The notes under the pieces are model-generated. The model was not told the origin of the DNA. It saw only the letters and a program-made list of their open reading frames with translations, and ran no database searches. A stretch of 32,000 nucleotides of DNA from positions 35,242 to 67,241 of the forward strand of contig NZ_JBNNVR010000017.1 of assembly GCF_050280645.1 (NCBI RefSeq), written 5' to 3'. The position numbers and the translations under genes were made by a program. This document shows, in pieces, positions 13,241 to 21,487 of this stretch (within the stretch, counting starts at the first letter, position 1; each line of letters starts with the position of its first letter). The DNA comes from Pseudomonas sp. NPDC089554 (GTDB lineage Bacteria > Pseudomonadota > Gammaproteobacteria > Pseudomonadales > Pseudomonadaceae).

Positions 13241-13880
13241 CGTGACGCGGCGGCGACTTGTCGCCGGTCACGTCGCGGTACCACAGTTCATGGTGCTTGC
13301 GTGCCCAGGCGCGGCTGACCCAGCCATGCAGCATGGCGCCGACCGAGCCCTTGATCCAGATGCCCGCATAGATGTGCACGATGATGCTCAGCACCAACAC
13401 GAAGGCCGCCAGCGCGTGCAGCAAGCTGGCCAGGCGAATGGCGCCGATGCCGAAGAACTCGCTGAAGTAGGCGCGCCAGATCACCACGCCACTCACCAGC
13501 AGCACCAGCATGCACAGCAGCAGGGTCCAGAACAGCAGCTTCTGCCCGGCGTTGTACTTGCCAATCGGCGGTACGCCCTCTTCTTCGTTGCGCATCACCC
13601 GGTCGACACGGCGTAGCCACAGGCGGTCGTTGGCGGTGATGAAGTTGGCGCGCCAGAAGCGCACCACCAGGCCGAGGAAGAACACGAACATCGCCACGCC
13701 CAGGAACGGGTGCAGGATGCGTGTCCACGGCCCACCGCCGAACAGGTGGCTCAGCCAGAACAGCGCCGGGTGGAAAAGCGCCAGCCCCGACAGCCCGGCC
13801 ATGAAGAACAGGATCGCGACGATCCAGTGGTTGGTCCGCTCGTTGGCGTTGTAGCGCAGGATGGGCTTGTTGTCTTTCAT
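13224..13880 (-). CDS. fdoI: formate dehydrogenase gamma subunit (cytochrome b556)
   Basis: 218 aa with four hydrophobic helices. '[18 protein letters not shown]' is the typical FdnI/FdoI N-terminus with a heme-ligand His. It has an ATGA overlap with the fdoH stop. Confidence 0.9.
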   Translation of the reverse strand: MKDNKPILRYNANERTNHWIVAILFFMAGLSGLALFHPALFWLSHLFGGGPWTRILHPFLGVAMFVFFLGLVVRFWRANFITANDRLWLRRVDRVMRNEEEGVPPIGKYNAGQKLLFWTLLLCMLVLLVSGVVIWRAYFSEFFGIGAIRLASLLHALAAFVLVLSIIVHIYAGIWIKGSVGAMLHGWVSRAWARKHHELWYRDVTGDKSPPRHGGKEG

Positions 13881-14827
13881 GGCCGCTGCTCCCCTTGCCC
13901 GCCGGGCTTGCCCGGGTCGTAGACGTGAACCGCCGGGTCCACCTGGTGCACGCTGGCATCGGTTGGCGCGGGGTGTTCATCCTCCTCCACCCGCTGCGGG
14001 CCGACCCGCACATAGTGGAAGAACCCAGCCAGCACCGCTGCGCCCATGGCCAGCAGCGCCAGCGGCTTGCTGATGCCCTTCCACAGCCCCACCAGCGGGC
14101 TGATCACCGGCTGGTCCGGCAGGCCGGCGTACAGGCGCGGGGTGTCGGCGTGGTGCAACACGTACATCACGTGGGTGCCGCCCACGCCGTCCGGGTCATA
14201 CAAACCCGCGTTCTCATAGCCACGGGACTTCAAGTCGACGATGCGTTCGTCGGCATGCACCTTCATCTCCTCCTTGCTGCCGAAGACGATGGCCCCGGTC
14301 GGGCAGGTCTTCACGCAGGCCGGCTCCAGGCCCACGGCCACGCGGTCGGAACACAGGCTGCACTTGTAGGCCTTGTGGTCTTTCTGCGAAATGCGCGGGA
14401 TGTTGAACGGGCAGCCGGTGATGCAGTAGCCACAGCCGATGCAGTGGTCCTGGTTGAAGTCGACGATGCCGTTGGCGTGCTTGATGATCGCGCCAGGGCT
14501 CGGGCAGGCCTTGAGGCAGCCGGGGTCGGCGCAGTGCATGCAGCCGTCCTTGCGGATCAGCCACTCGAGGTTGCCATCGTCGCGCTCATGCTCAGTGAAG
14601 CGCATCAGCGTCCAGGTGTCGGCGGTCAGGTCCTGGGGGTTGTCGTAGGTGCCGTGATTGTGGCCAACCTCGTCACGCAGTTCGTTCCACTCCGAACACG
14701 CCACCTGGCAGGCCTTGCAGCCGATGCACTTGGTGGTGTCGATCAGCTTGGCCACTTCCTGCTGCTGGCGTACCGAAGAGGGTACGGTCGTGGTGGCCGA
14801 GCGGGCGATGATATCTTGCTGGGCCAT
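13877..14827 (-). CDS. fdoH: formate dehydrogenase beta (Fe-S) subunit
   Basis: Four ferredoxin-type Cys clusters ([44 protein letters not shown]...CVKTCP) plus a C-terminal membrane anchor. It has a TGATG overlap with fdoG. Confidence 0.92.
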   Translation of the reverse strand: MAQQDIIARSATTTVPSSVRQQQEVAKLIDTTKCIGCKACQVACSEWNELRDEVGHNHGTYDNPQDLTADTWTLMRFTEHERDDGNLEWLIRKDGCMHCADPGCLKACPSPGAIIKHANGIVDFNQDHCIGCGYCITGCPFNIPRISQKDHKAYKCSLCSDRVAVGLEPACVKTCPTGAIVFGSKEEMKVHADERIVDLKSRGYENAGLYDPDGVGGTHVMYVLHHADTPRLYAGLPDQPVISPLVGLWKGISKPLALLAMGAAVLAGFFHYVRVGPQRVEEDEHPAPTDASVHQVDPAVHVYDPGKPGGQGEQRP

Positions 14828-17800
14828 CAGACTTTCTCCACATTGACGAGGAACGACTTGGACTCCGGCGTCTGGGTGTTGCCATCACCGAGGAACGGCA
14901 CCAGGGTGTTGGTCAGGTAGCCATGCCGAGTAGAACCGGTGAAGCCCCAGTGCAACGGGATGCCGATCTGGTGGACGGTCTGGTTGTTGACCTGCAGCGG
15001 ACGAATCCGCTTGGTCACCACCGCCACCGCCTCGATAAACCCGCGCTTGCTCGACACCCTCACCCGGTCACCGGCCTTGATGCCCTTCTCGGCCGCCAGC
15101 ACCTCGCCGATCTCGACGAACTGCTCGGGCTGGATGATCGAGTTGAGCTGGCAGTGCTTGCTCCAGAAGTGGAAATGCTCGGTCAGGCGATAGCTGGTGG
15201 CCGCGTAGGGGAACTCCTCGTGCTTGCCGAGCGTGTCCCACACCGAGTCGAACACCCGACCGGCCGGGTTGCTGGTGGCCTTGGGGTTCTGCGGGTGCAG
15301 CGGGTTGACACCAATGGGCGTCTCGAACGGCTCGTAGTGCTCGGGGAACGGCCCTTCGGCCATCTTGTCGATGGCGAAGAAGCGCGCCACGCCCTCGGGG
15401 TTCATGATGAACGGGTTCATCCCCGCCTCCGGTGGCGAGTCAGCCTTGAAGTCCGGCACGTCGGTGCCACCCCAAGCCTTGCCGTTCCACCACACCAAGC
15501 GCTTTTTCTCCGGGTCCCAGGGCCTGCCCTGAGGGTCGCTGGAGGCGCGGTTGTAGAGGATGCGGCGGTTCGCCGGCCACGCCCAGGCCCAGTTCTGCAC
15601 TTGGTGCATGCCATAAGGGTCACTGTTGTCGCGCCGGGCCATCTGGTTGCCCTGCTCGGTCCAGCTGCCGCAGAAGATCCAGCAGCCCGAGGCGGTGCTG
15701 CCGTCGTCCTTGAGCTGGGCGAAGCCGGCCAGTTGCTGGCCGCTTTTGAGCGTGGCGCCGGTAGCGTCGGTGAGGTCACTGACCGCCCAGCCGTTCATCT
15801 CCTTGGCCAGCTCTTCCGGCGAGGGCTCTTCCGGCACCTTGTAGGGCCAACTGATGTTCATCATCGCGTCGGGGTACGCACCGCCCTCGGCCTTGTAACG
15901 CTCGCGTAGACGCAGGAACAGCTCGCTCATGATGTGCACATCAGTGCGCGTCTCGCCCGGGCCATCGGCGCCTTTCCAGTGCCATTGCAGCCAGCGGCTG
16001 CTGTTGACCAGCGAGCCGTCTTCCTCGGCAAAGCAGGTGGTGGGCAGGCGGATCACCTCGGTCTGGATGCTGCCGGTATCGACATCGTTGTAAGGCCCGG
16101 CGTTACGCCAGAACTCGGACGTTTCGGTGGCCAGCGGGTCCATGATGACCAGCCACTTGAGCTTGCCCAATGCAGCGGTGACGCGGTTCTTGTCCGGCAG
16201 CGCGGCGATCGGGTTGAAGCCCTGGCAGATATAGCCGTTGACCTTGCCCTGGCTCATCATCTCGAACATGCGCAGCACGTCGTAGGCCGGTACGTCGAGC
16301 TTGGGCAGCCAGTCATAGCCCCAGTTGTTCTCGGCGGTGGCCTTGGCGCCATACCAGGCCTTCATCAGGCTGACGTGGAACTTGCCGTAGTTCTGCCAGT
16401 ACGACAGCTGCCCTGGGCGCAGCGGCTTGGACGCGCGTTTGTCGACAAAGGCAGCATAGTCCTGCTCGGCATCGCCGCCCAAGGTGAGGTAGCCCGGCAG
16501 CGAGTTGGACAACAGCCCGAGGTCGGTCAGCCCCTGGATGTTGGAGTGGCCGCGCAAGGCGTTGACGCCACCGCCCGGCATGCCGACGTTACCCAGCAGC
16601 AACTGCACCATGGCCGCACTGCGGATGATCTGCGCGCCAATCGAGTGCTGTGTCCAGCCCAGCGCGTAGAGGATGGTCATGGTCTTGCCCGGCGCCGAGC
16701 AGGTGGCGATCTCTTCCCAGATCTTCATCATCTGGTCCTGAGGCATGCCACAGGTCATGCTCGCCAACTCAGGCGTGTAGCGGCTGTAGTGCTGTTTCAT
16801 CAGCTGGAACACGCAACGCGGGTGCTGCAGGGTCGGGTCGACCTGGGCGAAACCGTCCTCGCCAAGCTCGTAGCCCCAGCCGGACTTGTCCGCATAGACG
16901 CGCTTGGCCGCGTCATAGCCACTGAACAGGCCGTCTTCGAAGCCGTAGCTCTCTTTGACGATGAACGACACGTCGGTGTAGTTACGCACGTATTCGTGCT
17001 GAATCTTGTCGGTGCTCAGCAGGTAGTTGATCAACCCGCCCATGAAGGCGATGTCGCTACCGGTGCGGATCGGCGCGTAGTAGTCCGCCACCGAGGCGGT
17101 GCGGGTGAAACGTGGGTCGACCACGATCAGTCGCGCCTGGTTGTGCGCCTTGGCCTCGGTCACCCATTTGAAGCCACAGGGATGTGCCTCGGCTGCGTTG
17201 CCGCCCATTACCAGGACCAGGTTTGCGTTGGCGATATCAGACCAATGGTTGGTCATCGCACCACGGCCAAACGTCGGGGCAAGACTTGCCACCGTCGGGC
17301 CGTGTCAGACACGTGCCTGGTTATCGAACCCCAGCATGCCGAGAGAACGGACGACCTTGTGGGTCAGGTAGCCGGCTTCGCTGGATGCAGCAGACGCGGC
17401 GAGAAAGCCGGTGCTGACCCAACGGTTGACGGTCTGGCCCTGGGCGTTCTTCTCGATGAAGTTGGCGTCACGATCCTCTTTCATCAGCGTGGCAACGCGG
17501 TCAAGCGCTTCGTCCCAGCTGACGCGGACCCACTCCTTGCTGCCCGCCTTGCGTACCTCGGGGTACTTGAGGCGGCTGGGGCTGTGGATGAAGTCGAGCA
17601 GGCCCGCACCTTTCGGGCACAGCGTGCCGCGGTTGACCGGGTGGTCGGCGTCGCCCTCGATGTGGATGATGCTCTGCTTGACGTTTTTCCCGGCATCGCC
17701 CTGGCTGTACAGGATCAGGCCGCAGCCGACCGAACAGTAGGGGCAGGTGTTGCGGGCTTCTTTAGTGTGCGCCAGCTTGAAGTGGCGCACCTGCTCGGCG

Positions 17801-17895
17801 AACGCAGGTGTCGGGGCCATGCCCAACGCCGCGAGGCTCGAGCCTCCAAGGCCTATGGCAGCGGCCTTGAAGAACTGCCGACGGTTGAGATCCAT
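14827..17895 (-). CDS. fdoG: formate dehydrogenase alpha subunit, selenocysteine-containing (in-frame TGA at 17305-17307 read as Sec)
   Basis: ATG 17895 is preceded by AGGAG. There is a Tat signal [18 protein letters not shown]...AFA and an Fe-S motif CPYCSVGCG. Track ORFs 17305-17955 and 14827-17292 are in the same frame, and the junction reads ...[30 protein letters not shown]. That matches the E. coli FdnG/FdoG Sec site as I recall it. Sec is residue 197 from this start. Confidence 0.93.
17262..17304 (-). promoter_or_regulatory. SECIS element directing Sec insertion at the fdoG UGA
   Basis: Minus-strand RNA reads UGA-CACGGCC-CGA-CGG-U-GGCAA-GUC-UUGCC-CCG-ACGUUU-GGCCGUG. The lower stem is CACGGCC/GGCCGUG. 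The upper stem has a bulged U at +17, with G/U at +23/+24 of the apical loop, counting the U of UGA as +1. This is the geometry I recall for E. coli fdhF SECIS recognition by SelB. Confidence 0.8.
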
Positions 17896-18052
17896 CGTGC
17901 ACTCCTGATCAGGTGTGGGCGCACGGGACGTTGCCGGCGCCTCTCGGGACATCACGGTGGCGGTAGGTAGATACCGCCACCATTAAGCCTAGCCAAGAAT
18001 CCGGGAAGTGCGATGACGGGGGTCAACAGGGGAGCGAGGCCGATATTCAGGC

Positions 18053-18088
18053 AAAAAAAACCGCCACTGGCTCAGTGGCGGTTTTTTT
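18053..18088. terminator. Bidirectional rho-independent terminator-like hairpin at the core/island junction
   Basis: A8, then stem ccgccact / agtggcgg (loop ggctc), then T7. It lies upstream of fdoG and downstream of the minus-strand Abi gene. It marks the last GC-rich core-like sequence before the composition drops. Confidence 0.65.
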
Positions 18089-18194
18089 CACGGCAGCATC
18101 AGAACGGTTGTACTCACCAAAACATCGTAAACAACTCAGATTTCCTTTCGAATCAACGCCTTGGTGATGAGTCATGTGTCATCTGCCCAAGAAA

Positions 18195-18232
18195 TGTAAA
18201 CACAACCAAGATTTAAAGCTCTGTTGTTTACA
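18195..18232. repeat. Inverted repeat TGTAAACA-N22-TGTTTACA (left copy)
   Basis: gaaaTGTAAACAcaaccaagatttaaagctctgtTGTTTACAc. A further half-site-like cgtaaacaac lies near 18,126. It sits just downstream of the Abi gene. Confidence 0.6.
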
Positions 18233-18260
18233 CTTCTCCCCAGCCGGGCGCACTCCTAAG

Positions 18261-19178
18261 TCAGGACCAGAATGGCCGGATCTCCCAACCTGCCACCAGG
18301 CCTAGCTCGGCCGTGGTTCGGCCTGCTTTCCCTAAGCCGACCGTAGGCAGGGTCGACATCAACTGCTTGAACCGTACCTTCCAGTCGGAGGTGGGGTCGA
18401 TTTTTTCGAGCAAAGCCTGGACGACGACTGCTCGGGCAAAAATGCGCCCTCGATCATTGTGACTGGGAAACTCACCGGCAATAGCCTTGGCGTATTTCGG
18501 CGCATCTGCGGTGATCGATGCGTTCCACAGCCTGCCATGGTGGGCGCAGACATTTCGCAGGATGGTCAGGCTTTTCAGCCAAGTCACCAACACGGACTCG
18601 TCGTACCCGAATTTGGCCGCTACAGTTTTGCGATGATCCAGGTGCAGATCACTGAACAGGCGCGAAAGCTGGCCGATGGTCATCGCCTCGAGAACCGTCC
18701 ACACAGGCGGCAGGGCCGGCGTGTTGTAGTTATCGTAGTAATGCTTGATGGCCGCATTTTTTTCCGGAAGGCCCAGCACCTGTTTCATGACGTCGCGATG
18801 AGCTTTGCAATCCTTGAAGTGGATGGCGTCCATGTAGAAATGACTACCGCAGGTCTTGTCCAGAGCCAAGGTGTTGATGATCGCTGCACGGAACGCGACC
18901 TCAATGCGATCAATCGCATCCAAGAACACGAGGCGTAGCCGGCGATCGAAGTCATAAAGCTGTAGGATATCGTCGAACTGGACGGTGGCAAAGAACCGCT
19001 TTTGAGGGTCCTGCAGCGGCCGCATGTAGATCAGCAGGCGGTGATAGCCGATGAACTCTAGGGCGTGCAACGCTTTGTCTCGCTGTCCGCGGGTGCCTAA
19101 GCCTTTGAGTCTCAGGTGGCGCAGCAGAGCGTTGGGTGGCTTCGCAGGCTTGAGGAAATAGAGGGGTGCTTGCGGCAT
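18261..19178 (-). CDS. Abi_2-family (AbiD/AbiF-like) abortive-infection protein
   Basis: ATG 19178 (MPQAPLYFLKP...). 'GYHRLLIYMRP', 'LYDFDRRLRLVFLDAIDRIEVAFR', 'LPPVWTVLEAMTIGQLSRLF' and 'LRNVCAHHGRLWN' match the Abi_2 (PF07751-type) pattern as I recall it. Confidence 0.8.
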   Translation of the reverse strand: MPQAPLYFLKPAKPPNALLRHLRLKGLGTRGQRDKALHALEFIGYHRLLIYMRPLQDPQKRFFATVQFDDILQLYDFDRRLRLVFLDAIDRIEVAFRAAIINTLALDKTCGSHFYMDAIHFKDCKAHRDVMKQVLGLPEKNAAIKHYYDNYNTPALPPVWTVLEAMTIGQLSRLFSDLHLDHRKTVAAKFGYDESVLVTWLKSLTILRNVCAHHGRLWNASITADAPKYAKAIAGEFPSHNDRGRIFARAVVVQALLEKIDPTSDWKVRFKQLMSTLPTVGLGKAGRTTAELGLVAGWEIRPFWS

Positions 19179-19301
19179 GCCAAAGCATCCTGCGGGGGCA
19201 TGGGGCCAGAAATAACTAACCCCCTGGTGCGCAGTACGGGACAAGTCCCGCCCGAGGCGTGGGGGCTATTCTTGAGATCAATGCTAACACGTTCCTACTG
19301 G

Positions 19302-19319
19302 TTGATCAAATTTGATCAA
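19302..19319. promoter_or_regulatory. Perfect 18-bp palindrome TTGATCAAATTTGATCAA, a candidate operator upstream of the Abi gene
   Basis: The sequence equals its own reverse complement. It lies about 125 bp upstream of the Abi start codon in a 480-bp non-coding stretch and contains two GATC sites. Confidence 0.45.
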
Positions 19320-19496
19320 TCTGCCAGGCAAAACGAAGCCAAATCAACACGTTACCGCCTTCCAACCGGTGTTCATCGCTGTCATTGCAGATTCCAGCTG
19401 AACCGGTAGGGATCCATGAACGGTTCTATGCACGTTGATAGCGTAAACCTCAAATCAGGGTATTGGGTACGCATAAAGATCTCCAATCAGGGAAAG

Positions 19497-19533
19497 TGTA
19501 AACAAAATCCAGGCGACGGGCGAGCTGTTTACA
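19497..19533. repeat. Inverted repeat TGTAAACA-N21-TGTTTACA (right copy)
   Basis: gaaagTGTAAACAaaatccaggcgacgggcgagcTGTTTACAtt. It has the same architecture and the same GAAA(G)TGTAAACA arm as the copy at 18195-18232. The two copies bracket the Abi gene and its upstream region. Confidence 0.6.
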
Positions 19534-19659
19534 TTTTATTGATTCAACAACGGGTACCCACGTGCTCGTCACGACACTTCGTTGATCACCTAGATTGCCG
19601 ACACTCCGAGCACTCTACTAACAAGTCTTGCAGAAGAACATACACCGCAGACCAGAAAA

Positions 19660-20409
19660 TCAGTCGACCGGATAGATCATTTGATGAACAACCTCAAGAA
19701 ATGTAGTGTACCGCTCATCAAATGACGGAGAAACTTCAGAGGCGCTCTCCAAAATTCGCTCATGCTCATCTATAACCTTATTTAATCCAATGAGCGAAAA
19801 ACAGCTCTCCACATTCGCTTCAGCCAAAATAAATTTATGAGAACGATCAATATGCCTATCGAGACACCATTCAACACTCACCCCTTCTTCTTGGAGTGTT
19901 AAATAAACACTAGACTCTAACGCACTACCTAGAACATCATTGCCACAGCCGCACTGACATAACAATGGGCGGTATTCCTGACCGAAAGTTTTAGCCCTGA
20001 CAAACCCTATCTCTCGAAACAAACTTTGATGAACAGAAAAAGACACATCCATCATATTTTCGAAAATAGACAGCCCATCAAAAATCACATAATCAACCTC
20101 ATCCGCCTCTAAGCTTTCAGAAAGAGACACGCTTCCAGACGTTGAATAAAACCCAATAAACTTCTGAGCTCCATGCTGTATCAACCTATCTAGAACCGAG
20201 CACTCATCTCCAGCATAAACAGGGCGCTGAGCTCTAGAAAAATGCTTGCAACTAACTAGATAGGTTACATCGTCTAATTGAGCAATCAAATCCTTCCCTT
20301 GATCTGGCCCGACTGATGGAGGCTCTAGTACTGTGTAACCTTGACTGGCTAAATAATAGCTCGCAAAATATTCCCATTGGTGGGAACTAAGCTGATCGAA
20401 GATATGCAT
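19660..20409 (-). CDS. Hypothetical protein: N-terminal Mrr-like PD-(D/E)xK fold plus C-terminal CxCGCG cysteine-cluster domain (paralog B)
   Basis: ATG 20409 is preceded by GAGGAG and forms a TGATG overlap with the upstream paralog. 'WEYFASYYLASQGYTV...GPDQGKDLIA...YLVSCKH' has the layout of Mrr_cat-type restriction endonuclease domains. 'YRPLLCQCGCGNDVL' is shared with the upstream gene. The region is AT-rich. Confidence 0.7.
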   Translation of the reverse strand: MHIFDQLSSHQWEYFASYYLASQGYTVLEPPSVGPDQGKDLIAQLDDVTYLVSCKHFSRAQRPVYAGDECSVLDRLIQHGAQKFIGFYSTSGSVSLSESLEADEVDYVIFDGLSIFENMMDVSFSVHQSLFREIGFVRAKTFGQEYRPLLCQCGCGNDVLGSALESSVYLTLQEEGVSVEWCLDRHIDRSHKFILAEANVESCFSLIGLNKVIDEHERILESASEVSPSFDERYTTFLEVVHQMIYPVD

Positions 20410-21215
20410 CAAAACTCCTCAACCGAAAAAAAGAAGCCAGCATTGACAGATCGCATGCGCTGTAAAATTCTTGATACAAAAATTCGTTTATGACCGTGGT
20501 ATTCGCTCAAATCAAAATTTGGATTTTCACGCAGATAGTCCTTAAGCTGACCATTCCAGATATTGAACTGATCGGGGTGTAATATCTGATTAACCTCCAT
20601 CCAGCCACATGGAGTGTTATCCTCGCAAACTTTAAATATGTGGTCTTTTACACCATATATAAAGTATAGCTTATCTTTCGACAGATGAACAAAAGCCGCC
20701 GACCACCCTATTGAACGAGGCCCCTCCAAAATATCCTTGCCGCACCCACACATACAAAAAAGCGGCTTATACTCTACCTCACTCTCTTTATTCAAATAGT
20801 AATTCCAAGCCCAATTCCAACCATCCTCCCTACCACCAAAAAACTTATCGATGAAGCTAGAACTAGAATATGGCAGAAGCACTGATACCTGCACCCCACC
20901 AATTAACTCCACATGACAATTCAAAGTTTTGAGGCGCACCTGCAGGCTTGTCGTAAACTCCCCTGAATAAAAACCAATAAACCCCTCTGCATTGGCACGT
21001 CGCATACGCGAAGTTATATCCTTTTCGATGCTAGTACCGACAGCACCACCATTAATGTTGTGCCGTAGACTTACTAAAAATCTCTTTCCCTCCACGCTAA
21101 AGACATCAAAATCAGATACCCAATCACGATCCCATCCAGCCTGCTGAAGAAACTCTAAACCAAAATCCCGCCATTTTTCATCAGACCAATATTTTATTTC
21201 TTGTAGATAATTCAT
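20409..21215 (-). CDS. Hypothetical protein: degenerate Mrr-like fold plus CxCGCG cysteine-cluster domain (paralog A)
   Basis: ATG 21215 (MNYLQEIKYW...) is preceded by AAGGTG. It shares 'W..F....L...G', 'FLVSLRH' (versus 'YLVSCKH'), 'FIGFYS' and 'YKPLFCMCGCGKDIL' with the downstream gene. It is 268 aa. Confidence 0.7.
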   Translation of the reverse strand: MNYLQEIKYWSDEKWRDFGLEFLQQAGWDRDWVSDFDVFSVEGKRFLVSLRHNINGGAVGTSIEKDITSRMRRANAEGFIGFYSGEFTTSLQVRLKTLNCHVELIGGVQVSVLLPYSSSSFIDKFFGGREDGWNWAWNYYLNKESEVEYKPLFCMCGCGKDILEGPRSIGWSAAFVHLSKDKLYFIYGVKDHIFKVCEDNTPCGWMEVNQILHPDQFNIWNGQLKDYLRENPNFDLSEYHGHKRIFVSRILQRMRSVNAGFFFSVEEF

Positions 21216-21487
21216 CTCAGCACCTTTGTTAAAAACAATAATTCCACTCACTAGCAGAGGCACCACTCGAAACTAGAACAGCTGATCAGGCTCCTGATGT
21301 ACCGCTCACCCGCCATGCGCGTCGACTGAAGCCATGACTAAAAAGGACGGAGTTGGATACAATTACCAAGCTAATTTCCCTTACGGTAATAGGCTGGGCT
21401 ATAAAATCCGTCAGCATCGGTCTCAGCTTGATATGAATAAGTGTCGAAGAAACTAGGGGCTGTTCACTATGCCCACGCAGTTAATAC

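Noticed and set aside
14827-17955. Reading fdoG as a disrupted pseudogene or as two separate genes
   Set aside because: The only interruption is one in-frame TGA at the position of the conserved Sec residue. It is followed by a SECIS hairpin, and selA, selB and selC lie next door.
15934-17970. 678-aa ORF on the plus strand, antisense to fdoG
   Set aside because: This is the same high-GC antisense artefact. fdoG on the other strand has unmistakable molybdopterin-oxidoreductase, Tat and Sec features.
18089-18260. Possibility that the missing integrase 3' end (RH...Y region) lies at the left island edge
   Set aside because: Translating the minus strand by hand gives only short frames (for example LGQMTHDSSPRR*, LITKALIRKEI*), with no convincing LLGH...Y box II pattern.
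18195-19533. Interpreting the TGTAAACA...TGTTTACA structures as integron attC sites flanking an Abi cassette
   Set aside because: The arms do not fit the RYYYAAC / GTTRRRY core-site consensus. No intI gene or attI is visible. The structures are shorter than typical attC sites. I kept them as an unexplained repeat finding instead.
19416-19706. 96-aa plus-strand ORF in the Abi / paralog-B intergenic region
   Set aside because: It has no SD and overlaps the 3' end of the minus-strand gene. The sequence has no motif. It is more likely non-coding regulatory DNA, since it contains the right-hand TGTAAACA repeat.
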